NCBI GenBank assembly: GCA_013239625.1 | Contig: MU053216.1 | Span: 2,074,943-2,134,942 of the forward strand | Direction: 5' to 3' | DNA: 60,000 nucleotides | From: Lama guanicoe | Taxonomy: Eukaryota | Part shown: piece by piece, positions 12,370 to 24,269 of the stretch | How the letters are laid out: every line of letters starts with the position of its first letter | How positions within the stretch are numbered: the first letter of the stretch is position 1 | Program-made: the position numbers and the translations under genes | The notes under the pieces: model-generated | What the model was told of the DNA's origin: nothing | Seen by the model: only the letters and a program-made list of their open reading frames with translations | Databases searched by the model: none

Positions 12370-12751
12370 TTTTTTTGTTGGTGTTTGTTTTGGAGGGAGG
12401 GTAATTAGGTTTACTCATTTACTTATTTATTTTAATTTTTAAGTGTATTTTTATTGAAGCATAGTTGATTTCCAACGCTGTGTTAACTTCAGGTGCGCAG
12501 CACAGTGATTCAGCCTTGCGGCATCATGATTTCCTACTCTTTTTCATTATAGGTTATTGCAAGGAATTGAGTACAGTTCCCTGTGTGCCACAGTAGGACC
12601 TTGCTGCTTATCTATTTCATATGCAGTGGTTTGTATCTGTAAATCCTGAACTCCCGATTTATCCCTCCACCATCCTCCCCTTTCCCTGGGGATTGAACTC
12701 AGGACCCAGTGCACGCTAAGCATGCACTCTACCACCGAGCTATACCCTCCC
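12370..12751 (-). mobile_element. tRNA-derived SINE interrupted by a ~240 bp L1 3' end (L1 ~12448-12685)
   Basis: SINE tail GGAGGGAGGGTAATTAGGTTT at ~12392, then L1 terminus TTTTATTGAAGCATAGTTG...CCTCCCCTTTCC, then SINE head CTGGGGATTGAACTCAGG...GAGCTATACCCTCCC. Confidence 0.88.
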
Positions 12752-13554
12752 TCCACCCCATAATTCTTGAGAAGTATCCTATGGAATCCAAATATCAGAG
12801 CAATCTGTTACTCATTACCATCCATTTAAAAAATACACAGAAAAGATCTTCTTTTATAGTTGAAATGTATCATTTATTTTCTCACTTAAATTCATATTTT
12901 ACACTTAAAATATGACGTATCCTTTACACTTAAAAGCTTTTTACTAAACACTCTGCAGTTAAAGTGCCTTCCGCTGCGGATTACCTGGACTCCTGTTTGA
13001 GGATCTCTGTCTTAGATGTTCATGGGTGGACAGTGAGCTACCCCTGGTGAGACGCCTGATCCTCTCAACACCTTTCAGGCTCACAGACACTGCAGTGGGG
13101 CTCGTTAATTTTGCTTTAGTTTTGGTAGGTCTCTTACTTTAGAATGAAGGCCAACAAAGGACCACTTATCCTGCAAATTCCCTTGACTTTGATTTCTAGT
13201 TGAAATATTACAGGCAAAGTTTTTTTTTCTCTCTTCCCCAACTTTGAGGAAAAGAGGTAGCTATCGACTGGAGCTCTTTATCGGATCCCAGCGGGGGTCA
13301 GAGAAGAGATGGGCAGAGACCATTTTGATCTGAGACTCTTAATCCTAAATGCCTCCTTGTTCAGAGCCTTCGTGTGTACAGTTCTCCCACAAAGGGTGCG
13401 TTTCCTGACCAGCAGTCCTGGCGTTGCTTTTCTCAACCCATGAAGTGATAGGGTGAAAGGACCCGGATGGCTGCTTGGGAAAGAAGTGCTGAAGGAAGAC
13501 GGAAGCTCAGAGAAGAGGTCACTGGAGGGCTGAGTGGTATCCGCTGTATGTACT

Positions 13555-14017
13555 ATCAGCCATAAGAAAGGATTAAATAACGCCATTTGCAGCAACATGG
13601 ATGGAGCTGGAGGTTGTCATTCTAAGTGAAGTAAGCCTGAAAGAGAAAGAAAAATATTGTATGATGTCACTCATATGTGGAGTCTAAAAAAAAAAATAAG
13701 ACACTAATGAACTCATCTACAAAACAGAAACAGACTCACAGACATAATAATCTTATGGTTACTGGGGGGAAAAGGGGTGGGAAGGGATAAATTGGGGAGT
13801 TTGAGATTTGCAATCATTAACCACTATATATAAAAACAGATAAAAAACAAATTTCTTCTGTATAGCACAGGGAGCTCTATTCAACATTGTATAATAACTT
13901 TTAATAAAAAGAATGTGAAGAGGAATGTATGTACACATACGTATGACTGGAACACTATGCTGTACACCAGAAACTGACACATTGTTACTGACTGGACTCC
14001 AATTTAAAAAAAAAAAG
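13555..14017 (+). mobile_element. LINE-1 3' end
   Basis: GCCATTTGCAGCAACATGGATGGAGCTGGAG...CTAAGTGAAGTAAG, 3' UTR and poly(A). Confidence 0.92.
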
Positions 14018-14031
14018 AATGGAGGGGATAC

Positions 14032-14061
14032 TGTTTTGGCATCCTGAGACTAATTCCAACA

Positions 14062-14107
<46 letters not shown>

Positions 14108-14861
14108 GGGCTCCCTGCACAACACCACACACTTTTTAGAGGGTGTCCAAGAATTCAGCTCAATCCTGACACTGTCTCAGCCAAATATAAGGTCAGATTC
14201 CACATGCCAAGTGCTCAGTCCTGTAAGACTGCGTCCCCCACTCCCGCCCCCCATTCGGATGCTCGCGCAAGCCCAGGTTGCTATGTGCTTTGACTATAAA
14301 TCAGAGGCTCCCGTGACCCCCTTCCTGGGTTGCACCATTTGCTAGAGTGGCTCACAGAACTCAGAGAAGCATTTTACTTCCTAGATGACTGGTTTATTGT
14401 AAAAGGATAGGACTCAGGAACAGCCAGACGAAAGAGATGCCCAGGGCAAGGTGCAGGGAGAGGGCGCGGGGCCCCATGCCCTCTCCGAGTGCGCCACTCT
14501 CCCCAGACCCCCACGTGTTTTACCAATTGGGAAGCGCTCTGAACTCTGCCCTTTAGGGTTTTTATGGAGGTTTCATTACACAGGCACGATTGATCATACT
14601 GTTGGCCACTGGCGACTGATTCAACCTCTAGCCCCTCACGTCTCCCTGGAGGTCAGAGAGGTGGGACTAAAAGTTGGTTCCCCTGGCAACCAGTCCCCAT
14701 CCCTAGATGGGGTCCAAAAGTCACCTTGTTTACATGACAGAAGACACCTTTATGGCTTTCCTCTCTTACAAAATTCCAAGGTGTGAGCCAGGCCTGTGAC
14801 CAAAGCCCTAGTACATACCAGAATGAGCAAACACACATTTCTTATAAATCACAGCGTCGCA
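14032..14861 (-). mobile_element. MER21-like solo LTR (ERVL class) containing a (TG)n tract
   Basis: CTAGAGTGGCTCACAGAACTCAGAGAA, GGAACAGCCAGACGAAAGAGATGCCCAGGGCAAGG and the terminus CTTATAAATCACAGCGTCGCA match the reverse complement of MER21 as recalled. Confidence 0.8.
14064..14104. repeat. (GT)n microsatellite, ~20 units
   Basis: Perfect GT dinucleotide run. Confidence 0.98.
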
Positions 14862-15359
14862 GAGGCCACACACACTTCACGATTTTGCCCGAGACTAACT
14901 GTGAAACTATTTATTATAAATGAGAAAGCCTAATGTTAGAGTCCATTTTCTGTCAAGGAGGGCAGTGCAGATGGGAGAGTTTGGATGTGATTTCAAATGG
15001 CTGAAAACTGATTTCAGTTAAGCTCTACATCGAGACATTTGAGCAAATTCATATTTTTAATTTCTTGTGTCTTTTAATGAAACCTGTGAAGAGGACTGTG
15101 TGGATTGTGTTGAGAGACAAACTCAATTGGACCATTTAAACTGAATTGAAGTTTTCCATCTCCACTGACCTGCCTTCTTTTAGAAGGTAGAAACGTTCAG
15201 TGCAGGGCGACAGTGGTTAGTAATGACTTTCCTTGGAAGGGCACATTTTCCTGTGTCCCAATCATTTTTATTGTTTCTATGAAAAAGCAATGCCACATGG
15301 CATATGCGCATGCAAGCGCAGTCCTCAGCTGCTAAGCCTTGGCTGGAATTTATTTTATT

Positions 15360-15450
15360 ATTATTATTTTTTAATGAAGGGACTGGGGATTGAACCCATG
15401 ACGTCATGCTTGCTAAGCATGTGCTCTACCACTGAGCTATTTCCCTCCCC
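15360..15450 (-). mobile_element. tRNA-derived SINE with 17 bp target-site duplication
   Basis: GGGGATTGAACCCATGACG...CTACCACTGAGCTATTTCCCTCCCC; TSD CTGGAATTTATTTTATT at 15343-15359 and 15451-15467. Confidence 0.93.
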
Positions 15451-15814
15451 CTGGAATTTATTTTATTTTTATTTTTTCAAAACTGGAATTTACTTTAATT
15501 TGTGGTACAGTGAGCAGTGGCCAGAGATTCACACATCTTTAGAGATTCTTTTACGTGAACTGGGTCATGCATAAATTAATTTTTAGCTAGAGTATTAAAA
15601 TCATAGGATTTTAGAGCTGTAAGGAAAGTTAGATATCTTTTAGCATTATCAGTATTTCTTATTTATATACAATAGAAATAAATATGCAGTTGTAAAATTA
15701 CATCATCTATTAGCCAAATTAAAACCTGACTATATTATAATGACTATAATTGAATATATACATATATATATATTATATATCTGAAAATATGTATAATTAA
15801 CACATGATCCAGTG

Positions 15815-16035
15815 CCTCATGGGCTTTGGAGTCCTGGGTATGAATCCCGACTACACCATGTGCTTTGGACTTTGGACAAGTTATTGAATTTCACTAGGAC
15901 TCAGTTTCCTTATCTGTAGAGTGGGCATAATGGAAGTACCTCACAGAGACGTTGTAAAGGTTAAAGAGCATAAAGCAAATGGATTACACAGCACAGTGTC
16001 CGACATACGACGCATTCAGTACACATTAGCTACAT
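15815..16035 (+). mobile_element. MIR SINE
   Basis: CCTGGGTATGAATCCC...TTGGACAAGTTATTGAA...CTCAGTTTCCTTATCTGTAGAGTGGG...TACCTCACAGAG. Confidence 0.85.
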
Positions 16036-16899
16036 TGTTTTTATTTATAAATTTAGAACTTGAAAGAATTGCTTATTTTTTGCAGAAGTGGACACTCCAG
16101 TCACGTGGGGGTGGTCATACACAAACGTCTTATCTTTTCAGTTGATGCTCAGGGTAGAAGAACACGTATATATTATATTATGTCTGAATAAATGGGTCAG
16201 CAGACACTGGAGGCTTGGTTCTGTTCAGGGGACTGACAATGTGTCACCTGACTGTGACGCTGTAGTGTCTGTGTGGGGACAGGGCCAGAACTCACCGGGA
16301 CAAAATGAAGTCTTCAGGTACCAGGCTTTCAACTCGTATTATATACAATGAGAAAGCCTTTCTGTCACATTAGCACCTACAATGTTGTTTTTTTTTTAAA
16401 TTTAATACAAATCCATTTCCTTCTTTCGGTTTTTAAAACATATGAGTGAGAGCGAGCACTCTAATCGCTCCTCATAGCGCCCTGCACTGTGGAGACTGCC
16501 TGTAACGTCCACAGGCGCCCTCGGACGAGAATGAATCTGTCTGAATAAAACCGGTAATCTGAGGCAATTAAAGTAGTTTTGTGAGGGGCGATAAGCAGCC
16601 GCTGTTGGGTCTACGGAGCGATCGTTGGTGCTATTGTGCAGAAGATGTCTTTTTAGGCCGTGAGCTGTTTTGAAAAATTTCAGAGACCTCAAGTCTGAAA
16701 AACACAAGGACAAGATACAGGCTGGAGACACAATTAATTCTGGAGCCTCCGCCTGGTACAGACCGTTCCAACCGGCAAAGCAAAAGCTGCACAGAGGTTA
16801 CAGGAGAAGTTAATGCGCAGTCTTCAAAACAACAGAAAAAGCTGGAAGACTAGCTAAGAAATTAGTATAGAATGAGACAGTGCATTTATTTTAATGTGT

Positions 16900-17070
16900 A
16901 TGTATTTATTGAAGTAGAGTCAGTTTACTAGGCTGTCAGTTTCTGGTGTACAGCACGGTGCTTCAGTCATACAGGAACACACATATATTCCTTTTCATGT
17001 TCTTTTTCACCGTAAGTTACTACAAGATATTGAATATAGTTCCCTGTGCTCTGCAGTATGAACTTCTTGT
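16900..17070 (-). mobile_element. Short LINE-1 3' terminus
   Basis: TTTATTGAAGTAGAGTCAGTTTAC...TACAAGATATTGAATATAGTTCCCTGTGCT. Confidence 0.85.
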
Positions 17071-17599
17071 TTCAGTGTGTTTTAAAGAAAGGGGAAAGGA
17101 AGTTAAAATGTTTGTAGAAAATACAAAATAAAATTCATGTTGATGTGTATGGGGAGACAAGACTGCACTTAGGGAAACACTTTTATTTCTTGAGGCAAGA
17201 TTTCAAAAGCCCGGGAGACATGTCACACACTCTGGACAGAAAATTCTCACCCACCACGTACAGGGGAGAGGAGCCTGGAGAACCTCTGATGATGGTCAGC
17301 TTCTATCTGCAAGCAACTTCTATGTTACTGTCAACGCTTTGCAAACTTCTTTCACGAGGACCTACATTTATGAGAATAAACAAGAATAAATGAGACACTT
17401 CTGGGTCTGCCTCCTACGATAGAGGCCTCTGAATTCCATACCTGATTTTGGAAATTCAGTTTCAACTTTTAAATATGAAGACCTCGCTAAAAAAAAATAC
17501 TTCAATGAAAAAACAAAAATAATACTGCAGTTAAACAACAAAAATAAAAATCATACTTCAATTTAAATTTTTTTCAATTAAAAATAAATATGAAACAGC

Positions 17600-18620
17600 T
17601 AGCTTCCCCACTGCGGCCGAGCGCTCAGGCAGGGAGATTTCCGCTGTCTCTGCCTCCTGCCCCTTCCCCACGAAACAGATTCCGTCAGCATTTTAGAAAA
17701 AGCTCATTTTTCATCCGTGACCATTTCACGTGGGGTTTTAACCCAGGACAGCGGAGCTGTGGGCCGGCCCGTGACCTGGTGCCGGTTCCGGGCGGCGCTG
17801 GAGCCCCGCGCGCAACCTCTCCGAGCCGCGGGGCCCGGAGAGGGGCGGGCGCCTGCGCGCGGAGACCGCAGCCCGCGTCCAAGCTGCGCGGCAGGCGCGC
17901 TGGCTCCAGGCAAGCGCTGCCCCTCTTCCCGCCGGCTGTGCCCCGACTTCCAGCCGTGGGGACACCTGCAGGGAGTCCCACCTCCGGGCACATCCCTTCC
18001 GGCCGCTGCAGAGGCACGTGGTGCCCCCGCTGCTCCTCCGCCGGGCGCAGGGAGGCCCCCGGTGCCTCCAGGACAACCGGGGTGCCTCGTGGGAACCACC
18101 CGAGGCTGGAAACACCATCTGCACACGTAATAATCACATTTTTCAAAATGGGTCTCCGGCTCCTCAGTCAAAAGACGTTTTTCATCAGAGCGCTGGTGAT
18201 TCTGGGCCAAAGCTCTGATGTTCGCATCCGCTCATAAGAGGTTGCCGGACGTGGCAGAAGACAAACCACAACAACGGAACAGGATGCCCAGCTAAACCTG
18301 AACACCAGGTAGAGCCTGACTGCCTTGTTTTAAGTGTATGTACCATGTACTAGTAGGGACATAATTATACTAAAATATTCACTGTTTATGGAAAACCCAA
18401 ATTTAGTCAAGCACCCGTACTCCACCTGGGAGCCGCATCTTGGAACCAGGACGGGTAACGGTGAGGGAAGGCGGTCCCTCTCCCACGCGGAAGACGCGGA
18501 GGCCCGGACGGCGTAGGAGTCCGGTGAGTTGGGTGCTCGGGTTTCGCAGTGACGGCACCTTTCAGGAACAGCTGGGAGGCGCTCTGATCCGCCTTGACTT
18601 TTCCGCTCTCGGTCTGCCGT
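17600..18620. promoter_or_regulatory. CpG island / candidate promoter
   Basis: Dense CpG. E-boxes CACGTG at 17727-17732 and 18015-18020, GC box GGGGCGGG at 17842-17849, and a + strand donor CCG|GTGAGT (GT at 18524). Preceded by an A-rich block at ~17490-17590. Confidence 0.65.
18320..18430. mobile_element. MER53-like hAT MITE fragment
   Basis: GGGACATAATTATACTAAAATATTCACTGTTTATGGAAAACCCAAATTTAG resembles the MER53 arm as recalled. Confidence 0.6.
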
Positions 18621-19234
18621 ACTTATCTCGAAAATACACCTTCAGATATGGTGACGTTATTCTGCCATAGTGGGTGAATGACTGGCTTGCTGGCTTCTTC
18701 ACGTTTCCCTCATGGAGTGAATCAACGCTGGTGAAATTTCAGGCGCCAATTTGTGATGGGAGAAAAAAAGGTGAGGTTGCCATGTGGGTTCTCAAAGTGC
18801 TATGAGATGGGCCAGTTTTCAGTGGGGCCTGCACGCTCATCCACTACCCCCATAGCTGATGGCCGCGTGGGACACTCCTGGGCAAACCAAACAAGGTGCA
18901 GGGAAGTGACCGGTTTGCCCCTCAGTCCCCCATCTCCACCCGTCTCTCTGGGATGGGAGGCCCAGAGCAGATACTTTACCTCCAATATTGAATTATAAAA
19001 AATCTGGAAGACGGCAAAGTTGAAAGAATGATCGCATGATCTCATCTACCTGCAACCCAGAGTCTCGACTGAGCGTTTTGCTGTGTTTACCTTCCCACGT
19101 ATCTGTTTGTCTTTTCATCCTTCTATCAGTTCATCAACCCACCTTCTCTCTGATGCATGTCAAAGTAGGGTGAACAGCATTAGCACATGTCGCTCCTAAA
19201 CATTTCAGCAGATATGCAGTGAACCTGAGCTCCT

Positions 19235-19790
19235 TTATTTACGACTTTTAGGTTCAAATTGTGTATGGTGAAGTGCACAGCTCATAAATGTACCATTTGG
19301 CACATTTTGACAAATACATACACCTGTGTCACCCAGAGGTGACACAGATGATACTGGTGTGAGATACAGAGCATTACCATCACTTTAGAATGTCTCCTCG
19401 TGGCCCTTTCCAGAGGAGGCAGCTATTGTTCTGATTTTCTTGGTCACATAGGTTAATTAGGTTAAAATAGGTCAAAAGTCGTATGCTTTTGGACAAGGCT
19501 TCCTTCACGCAGCATCACGGTTTTCAATTTGTCCCTGCTGTTGGGTGTATCGGCAGATGGTTCCTTTTTATTGCTGATAGCATTTCGTGCCATGAAGAGA
19601 CCACAGAAGGGTGAGCCGTTCTGCTCTTGGGGAGCACGTGGGATGTCTCCAGGTCCCCACTCTTGTAAATAAGGTTGCCGTAAACGTTCTAGTACACGTC
19701 TTATCGTGGACATAGCTTCTGGCCCTCCCCACCCTCTGCCCATCCCCCATCTCTGGAGTCAACACCCAGGAGTGGAAGCGACCAGGTTTG
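19235..19790 (-). mobile_element. Ancient L1M (L1MC/MD/ME-type) 3' end
   Basis: AAGTGCACAG...TTTTGACAAATACATACACCTGTGTCACC...ATACAGAGCATTACCATCAC...GGCTTCCTTCACGCAGCAT...TTCCTTTTTATTGCTGA. Confidence 0.75.
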
Positions 19791-20849
19791 GGAAGCATCT
19801 TACTGGCTCATGTCATTTTGGAAAATATTGGTGGTCCTATTGATTACCTTCCAGCTTTGTTCTAGGCTGAGGATCTCGACTGATCTTAATTTTTCTCGTA
19901 GTTCTTTCTCACTTTGCTTTTAGAACTCGCAAGGACCCGGATCCTCTCTAAAGGGCTGGGATGACCAGTCCAGGACCCTCCGGATCCCTGAAACTTGCTT
20001 AGAATCAATTGGCACTGTATTCGGGATGTGGGTGCCTCTGGCAGCATCTTTCTCAACTTCTGTCATGAGGATGAATGTGTCCTTGGCTGATTTTCCCCTT
20101 CTGTGCTGTACCCTGGGGATGTGAAGATGAATGAAGGCTTGGCCCCCTGCTTCAAAGAGCTCATAGGTTTGTGGACGGACGGATGACACAAATGGCACGT
20201 CCCTGCCATGTGGTAAGTCCGTGCAGGGTGCTGTGTCCTAGGACCCTGCACATGCACGTGCCCCACAGGAGGGCATGCAGACTGCCTTGCGTTGTGAGGA
20301 GCCCAGGAGCAGCTGAACAGCGAGTCCTGGAGGGAAGTGTGTTGTAGGCAGAGGGGCTGCTGTGGGGCGCTGGGCGGGAGGCTGTCAGTAGCTCTGAAAC
20401 CTAGAGGATCTTTCTCTCGCGGCTAGAGAGATGGGAGGAGGCAGATCATGGCGGGTTTTTAGATTAACTTTGGAGTTATATATTCGGCAAAGCTTCTGCT
20501 TACTCATATATCTACACGTGAGGAATAGGTCACAGACCACCAGTTATTTCCGTTCTAATCCTGAAAACTGAAAAGGGCCCCATTTTGGTGCCTTAAGCAT
20601 GTGTTCCCTTTTCAAAATGGGGTTCACAATAAATATAAGATGTCCAATTGGTGAGGCTGCATGAGATTTTCTTAAAGAAAAAAAGCAAACAAACTCAACA
20701 ACTTAGTTGTCGGGCCATATTTGAAGGGAAATTTCAGAATCTTAGCTGGAACTGGAAAACTGCTGACCCCAGCATCCTTAAATTAACCTCTCAGGAAATG
20801 CAAGATTTATAAGTTGTGGGCTTTTTTTTTTCTTTCGAAAAAAGGTCTT

Positions 20850-21037
20850 AATAATTCAAAGAACTTTTTAATGATTTGAAAAGTGCATGTTAAGTACTTG
20901 ATGGACTGGATCAATTCGGTCTTTGTAGTTGAAGTAGCGCTGCGTTGACATCCTCTCTACATATGGAAATTCGACAGATGTACAGAAATGCTCTGCAGAA
21001 CGGGATGTTTCTTTATGACATTTCCTTGTGCGTTTCA
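20850..21037 (-). other. Candidate spliced (possibly terminal) exon of an unidentified transcript
   Basis: Minus strand: branch-point-like GACTAAC (21071-21077), pyrimidine tract and acceptor TTTCTTTTCTCCAG (AG at 21039-21038). One frame is open for 55 codons to TAA at 20870-20868, overlapped by ATTAAA. Confidence 0.45.
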
Positions 21038-22041
21038 CTGGAGAAAAGAAATGTGTATGTGCCCTTTATAGTTAGTCATTAACTATAAAAACAAGCTTAT
21101 TCACAAACCTGCTTTGATCTGAATTTCCTGTGATTTATCTTTGGCATCTCAGCATGTGCTGAATTCCTGATTGTTATTAACTCCCCAAATATTTACATCA
21201 CTCCAGATAATCAATGCTTATCACAGTCAATACAGATGTTACAGGATCTGAGAAGAATGATGGTGTCAGCATAATAACATTTTAATTATTATAGCATGTG
21301 TTTTCAACTGTATCCTTTGTTCACAGCATCAGCTAACGCAGCTACTGTAGATCTCTGATTCATAGAAAGTATTAAAATGATGGAACGTGTAAATTGCAGC
21401 TTTTTCCCACCGAAGACTGAAGCAACAGTGTGCGACTGCTTGAAGGTGTTAACGTTCCTTTAATTAATTTAAATCATGCTGCTAAGACTGTATTTTCATT
21501 TTCTGTTCCCCTGGGCTTGCACTCTCTGCAGGGTTACTCAACTGTTTAGTGAAACAAATTTGCTCGTGGATGTTTTAATGATACAAAATATCTGACTTGA
21601 GCTAGCATATCACTTTTGTTAATGAAATCGCAAGGTGGCGAGGAAAAATGAATTTAAATTGTTTGGCAAAATTCTGGTTGATTTGTAAATTTCATTTTTT
21701 TTTTTGAGCATCTTCTACTCCATGTTTGACTCTGCTTAGAGTGAAAGACTGCAGGGTTCTGTGAGGTCTGGGGTCCGTGCTTACCTAAGCCCCCCCACAT
21801 ACCTCACAGCCGCTATTCCTGCAAAGCCGAGAACTGCGTCCCAGGGGATGAAGGAACAGAATCAGGCTGCTCATGCAATCTTGTCTAGTGGTGATATTTG
21901 ACTTAATACTTCCCTTGTGAATGGCATAGCTCTGCCAAGATACGGCCACATTCACTCTTATTGGAGGAACTATGGTTTTATAGCAAGCTGCTGTGCTAAG
22001 GACAAGAGCACGAAATTCATGCTGGGCAGAGTGTGCAAGAT

Positions 22042-22187
22042 AAGGATCAGCCTCGTCTACCTCCATCAGTGCATCTTCACCCGGGAGCTAGAAGGACCAG
22101 CCTCGTCCCCTTCCATCAGTGCATCTTCACCCGGGAGCTAGAAGGACCAGTTTCATTCACCCTCATCAGTGCATCTTCACCTGGAAG
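22042..22187. repeat. Tandem repeat, 50 bp unit, ~3 copies
   Basis: AAGGA(T/C)CAGCCTCGTC..C.TCCATCAGTGCATCTTCACCCGGGAGCTAG starts at 22042, 22092 and 22142. Confidence 0.95.
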
Positions 22188-24136
22188 TCAGGTGCAGATA
22201 GAGGGTGAGAACTTGCTGATGGTTGAAAGCTGAAGCTCCGGCTTCTTCCACCTGCTTTCTACAAAGCATGTTTGCTCGGAGCTGCGGGGCTGGGCAAACT
22301 GCAAACCTCATCTTGTATAAGTACGAGATACCACAGGGACTCAGTATTTTTATGAAACACCAGAGGAAATTTCTGGCAAGATCAACGCTCTAATTTTAAT
22401 AGGAGGCCTTTGGTGATTGATGATAGCTAAGAATACCCTTTTTTCCTTTGGCATCCCCTGAAATTAGGGCTTATGGGAAGATACCATGGCTGAGTCTGTA
22501 AACCTGGGTTCTGCACTCAGTACTGCTTCTGCGGAGGCATCAGGAAGGGGCTGCCTCTGGAAAGGAAGGAACTCGGTCACAGAGACAGATGGTAAGGTGT
22601 GTCCTGCTCCCTCGGACTCCATCATCTCCAGGGGCCTAACTGGGTTAGTCTCCCAACCCTCAAGTTCATGGATGACTTTCTTTTTCAAAAAGAGACAGGA
22701 GGGGAGGGGGCAGGGGGCAGCCATTAAGAGAATGACACAGCCATTGGCACCAAGCTGGCGGGAGAGTCAACTCCCGGTAGACCCTGAGCTGCAGTATACG
22801 CGCGCTGTAATGTGCGAACGTGGTAAGCGGCACTCCTGCAGGTGCCATGACAGCAGAAGGAGTTAATCAAGAAAGGCTTCCTGGAGGAGTGGTGGTTTTG
22901 CTGGAGGACAGACAAGGTCAGGAGGGACAGGAGATGAGGGTTCCTTTGTGGACTGGGGCATCTCACAGTGGGTGGGTTTTTCCAATGACATTCATTCATA
23001 GTAATTTTTCTAGATATAGAGCTAAAATTTGAATACATTTTAAAGGTTATATACACAGTAGAATGGAAGGAAAAGTTACACTGGCTTGACTCGATTTAAT
23101 TTCAAGTACGTTAGGAAACTGAAAGATTTTTGGGGGGACCAACGTTCATTTCCCAGAACTACATTACTGAGCACCATTTAAAGTCTCATTTGTTGCCTTT
23201 GTTTATGTTAAAAAATAAAAAGTGATTCCTCCATGACTGAAGGAATCCACACTGTGTGAATCAGTTTTTTAAAAAAGTGAATCCAATTATTTATAAATGT
23301 CCTGTTTTTCTTTAACGTACACTTTGACCCGAGATGTCAAAACTGACAAGATTTTTATTACTTTGCATTGTGCTAACTTGGAATTAATACTCCATCAGGA
23401 CTTGAGGTAATTTTTAAAAGATGAATAAATAATAGTGGTTAATAATAAGTTGATTGGAAAGAGTTTATGTACTCATTAAAATAATTACTGTTTCATTTGT
23501 GTAAGTTGCGTCCTCCGGGGCGTGGATCCCAAAGATACACTCTAATCTTTCAAATAGTAAATTTGCATTTCTTTGAAATATCTCATAATTTAAACTTTCC
23601 TCCAAGTGTCAAGTTTACCTTTCAGTCTATTAGTACTGTATTCCTCTAGGGCAATACTGGAGTGAACTGACTTCTGCACTGCGTGTAGAACAGATGTCGT
23701 CTGAGCGCCACAGACCCCAAGGTTTAGAAAAATCAAACACAGGGTTGCGGGCACAATGGCCCCTGAGGCCGTGTGTGGGGCGACTCCGGGGACGCCATTC
23801 ACGCAAAGACAACCTGAGAGGGACCCCTCCGTGGAGTTGTGCGCAGTGGATGGACAGCACGTCCTAAGCTGACCCCAGCAGGGAAATGGGAGAGAATTCT
23901 GAGTAAGGAACAGGGGGAAAGCACTCAAGTTCTCTAAAGTAGAACATGAAAATGGGCAGCGGACTGTTTTATTTTCAAACCTTCTCAGTCCTGTTTCCTT
24001 AATGATTCTACTCTGTCCGATAACCATGTACTCACTGGCATCTCTTAAAAGGATAATAATAAATGCTTCTTTTTTTGATTGTGGTAAGAACATGAGAGAT
24101 CTTCTCTTTTACCAGACTCTTTTTTTCCCCACACGT

Positions 24137-24269
24137 TTTGCTTTTTTGTTTGTTTTATGAGGAGGAAGCAGTTAGGTTTATTTTTTATATTTGGAGGAGG
24201 TGCTGGGGATTGAACCCAGGACCTCGTGCATGCTAAGCACCCGCTCTACCACTTGAGCTATACCCTCCC
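24137..24269 (-). mobile_element. tRNA-derived SINE (Vic-1-like)
   Basis: GGAGGTGCTGGGGATTGAACCCAGGACCTCGTGCATGCTAAGCACCCGCTCTACCACTTGAGCTATACCCTCCC with a T-rich tail. Confidence 0.93.

Noticed and set aside
17590..18237. Overlapping 128-215 aa ORFs on both strands
   Set aside because: Pro/Arg/Gly/Ala-rich, open in many frames at once and with no recognisable domain; expected from stop-codon scarcity in a CpG island.
22042..22187. CRISPR-like array
   Set aside because: Eukaryotic context, no cas genes, and the would-be spacers are homologous to each other.
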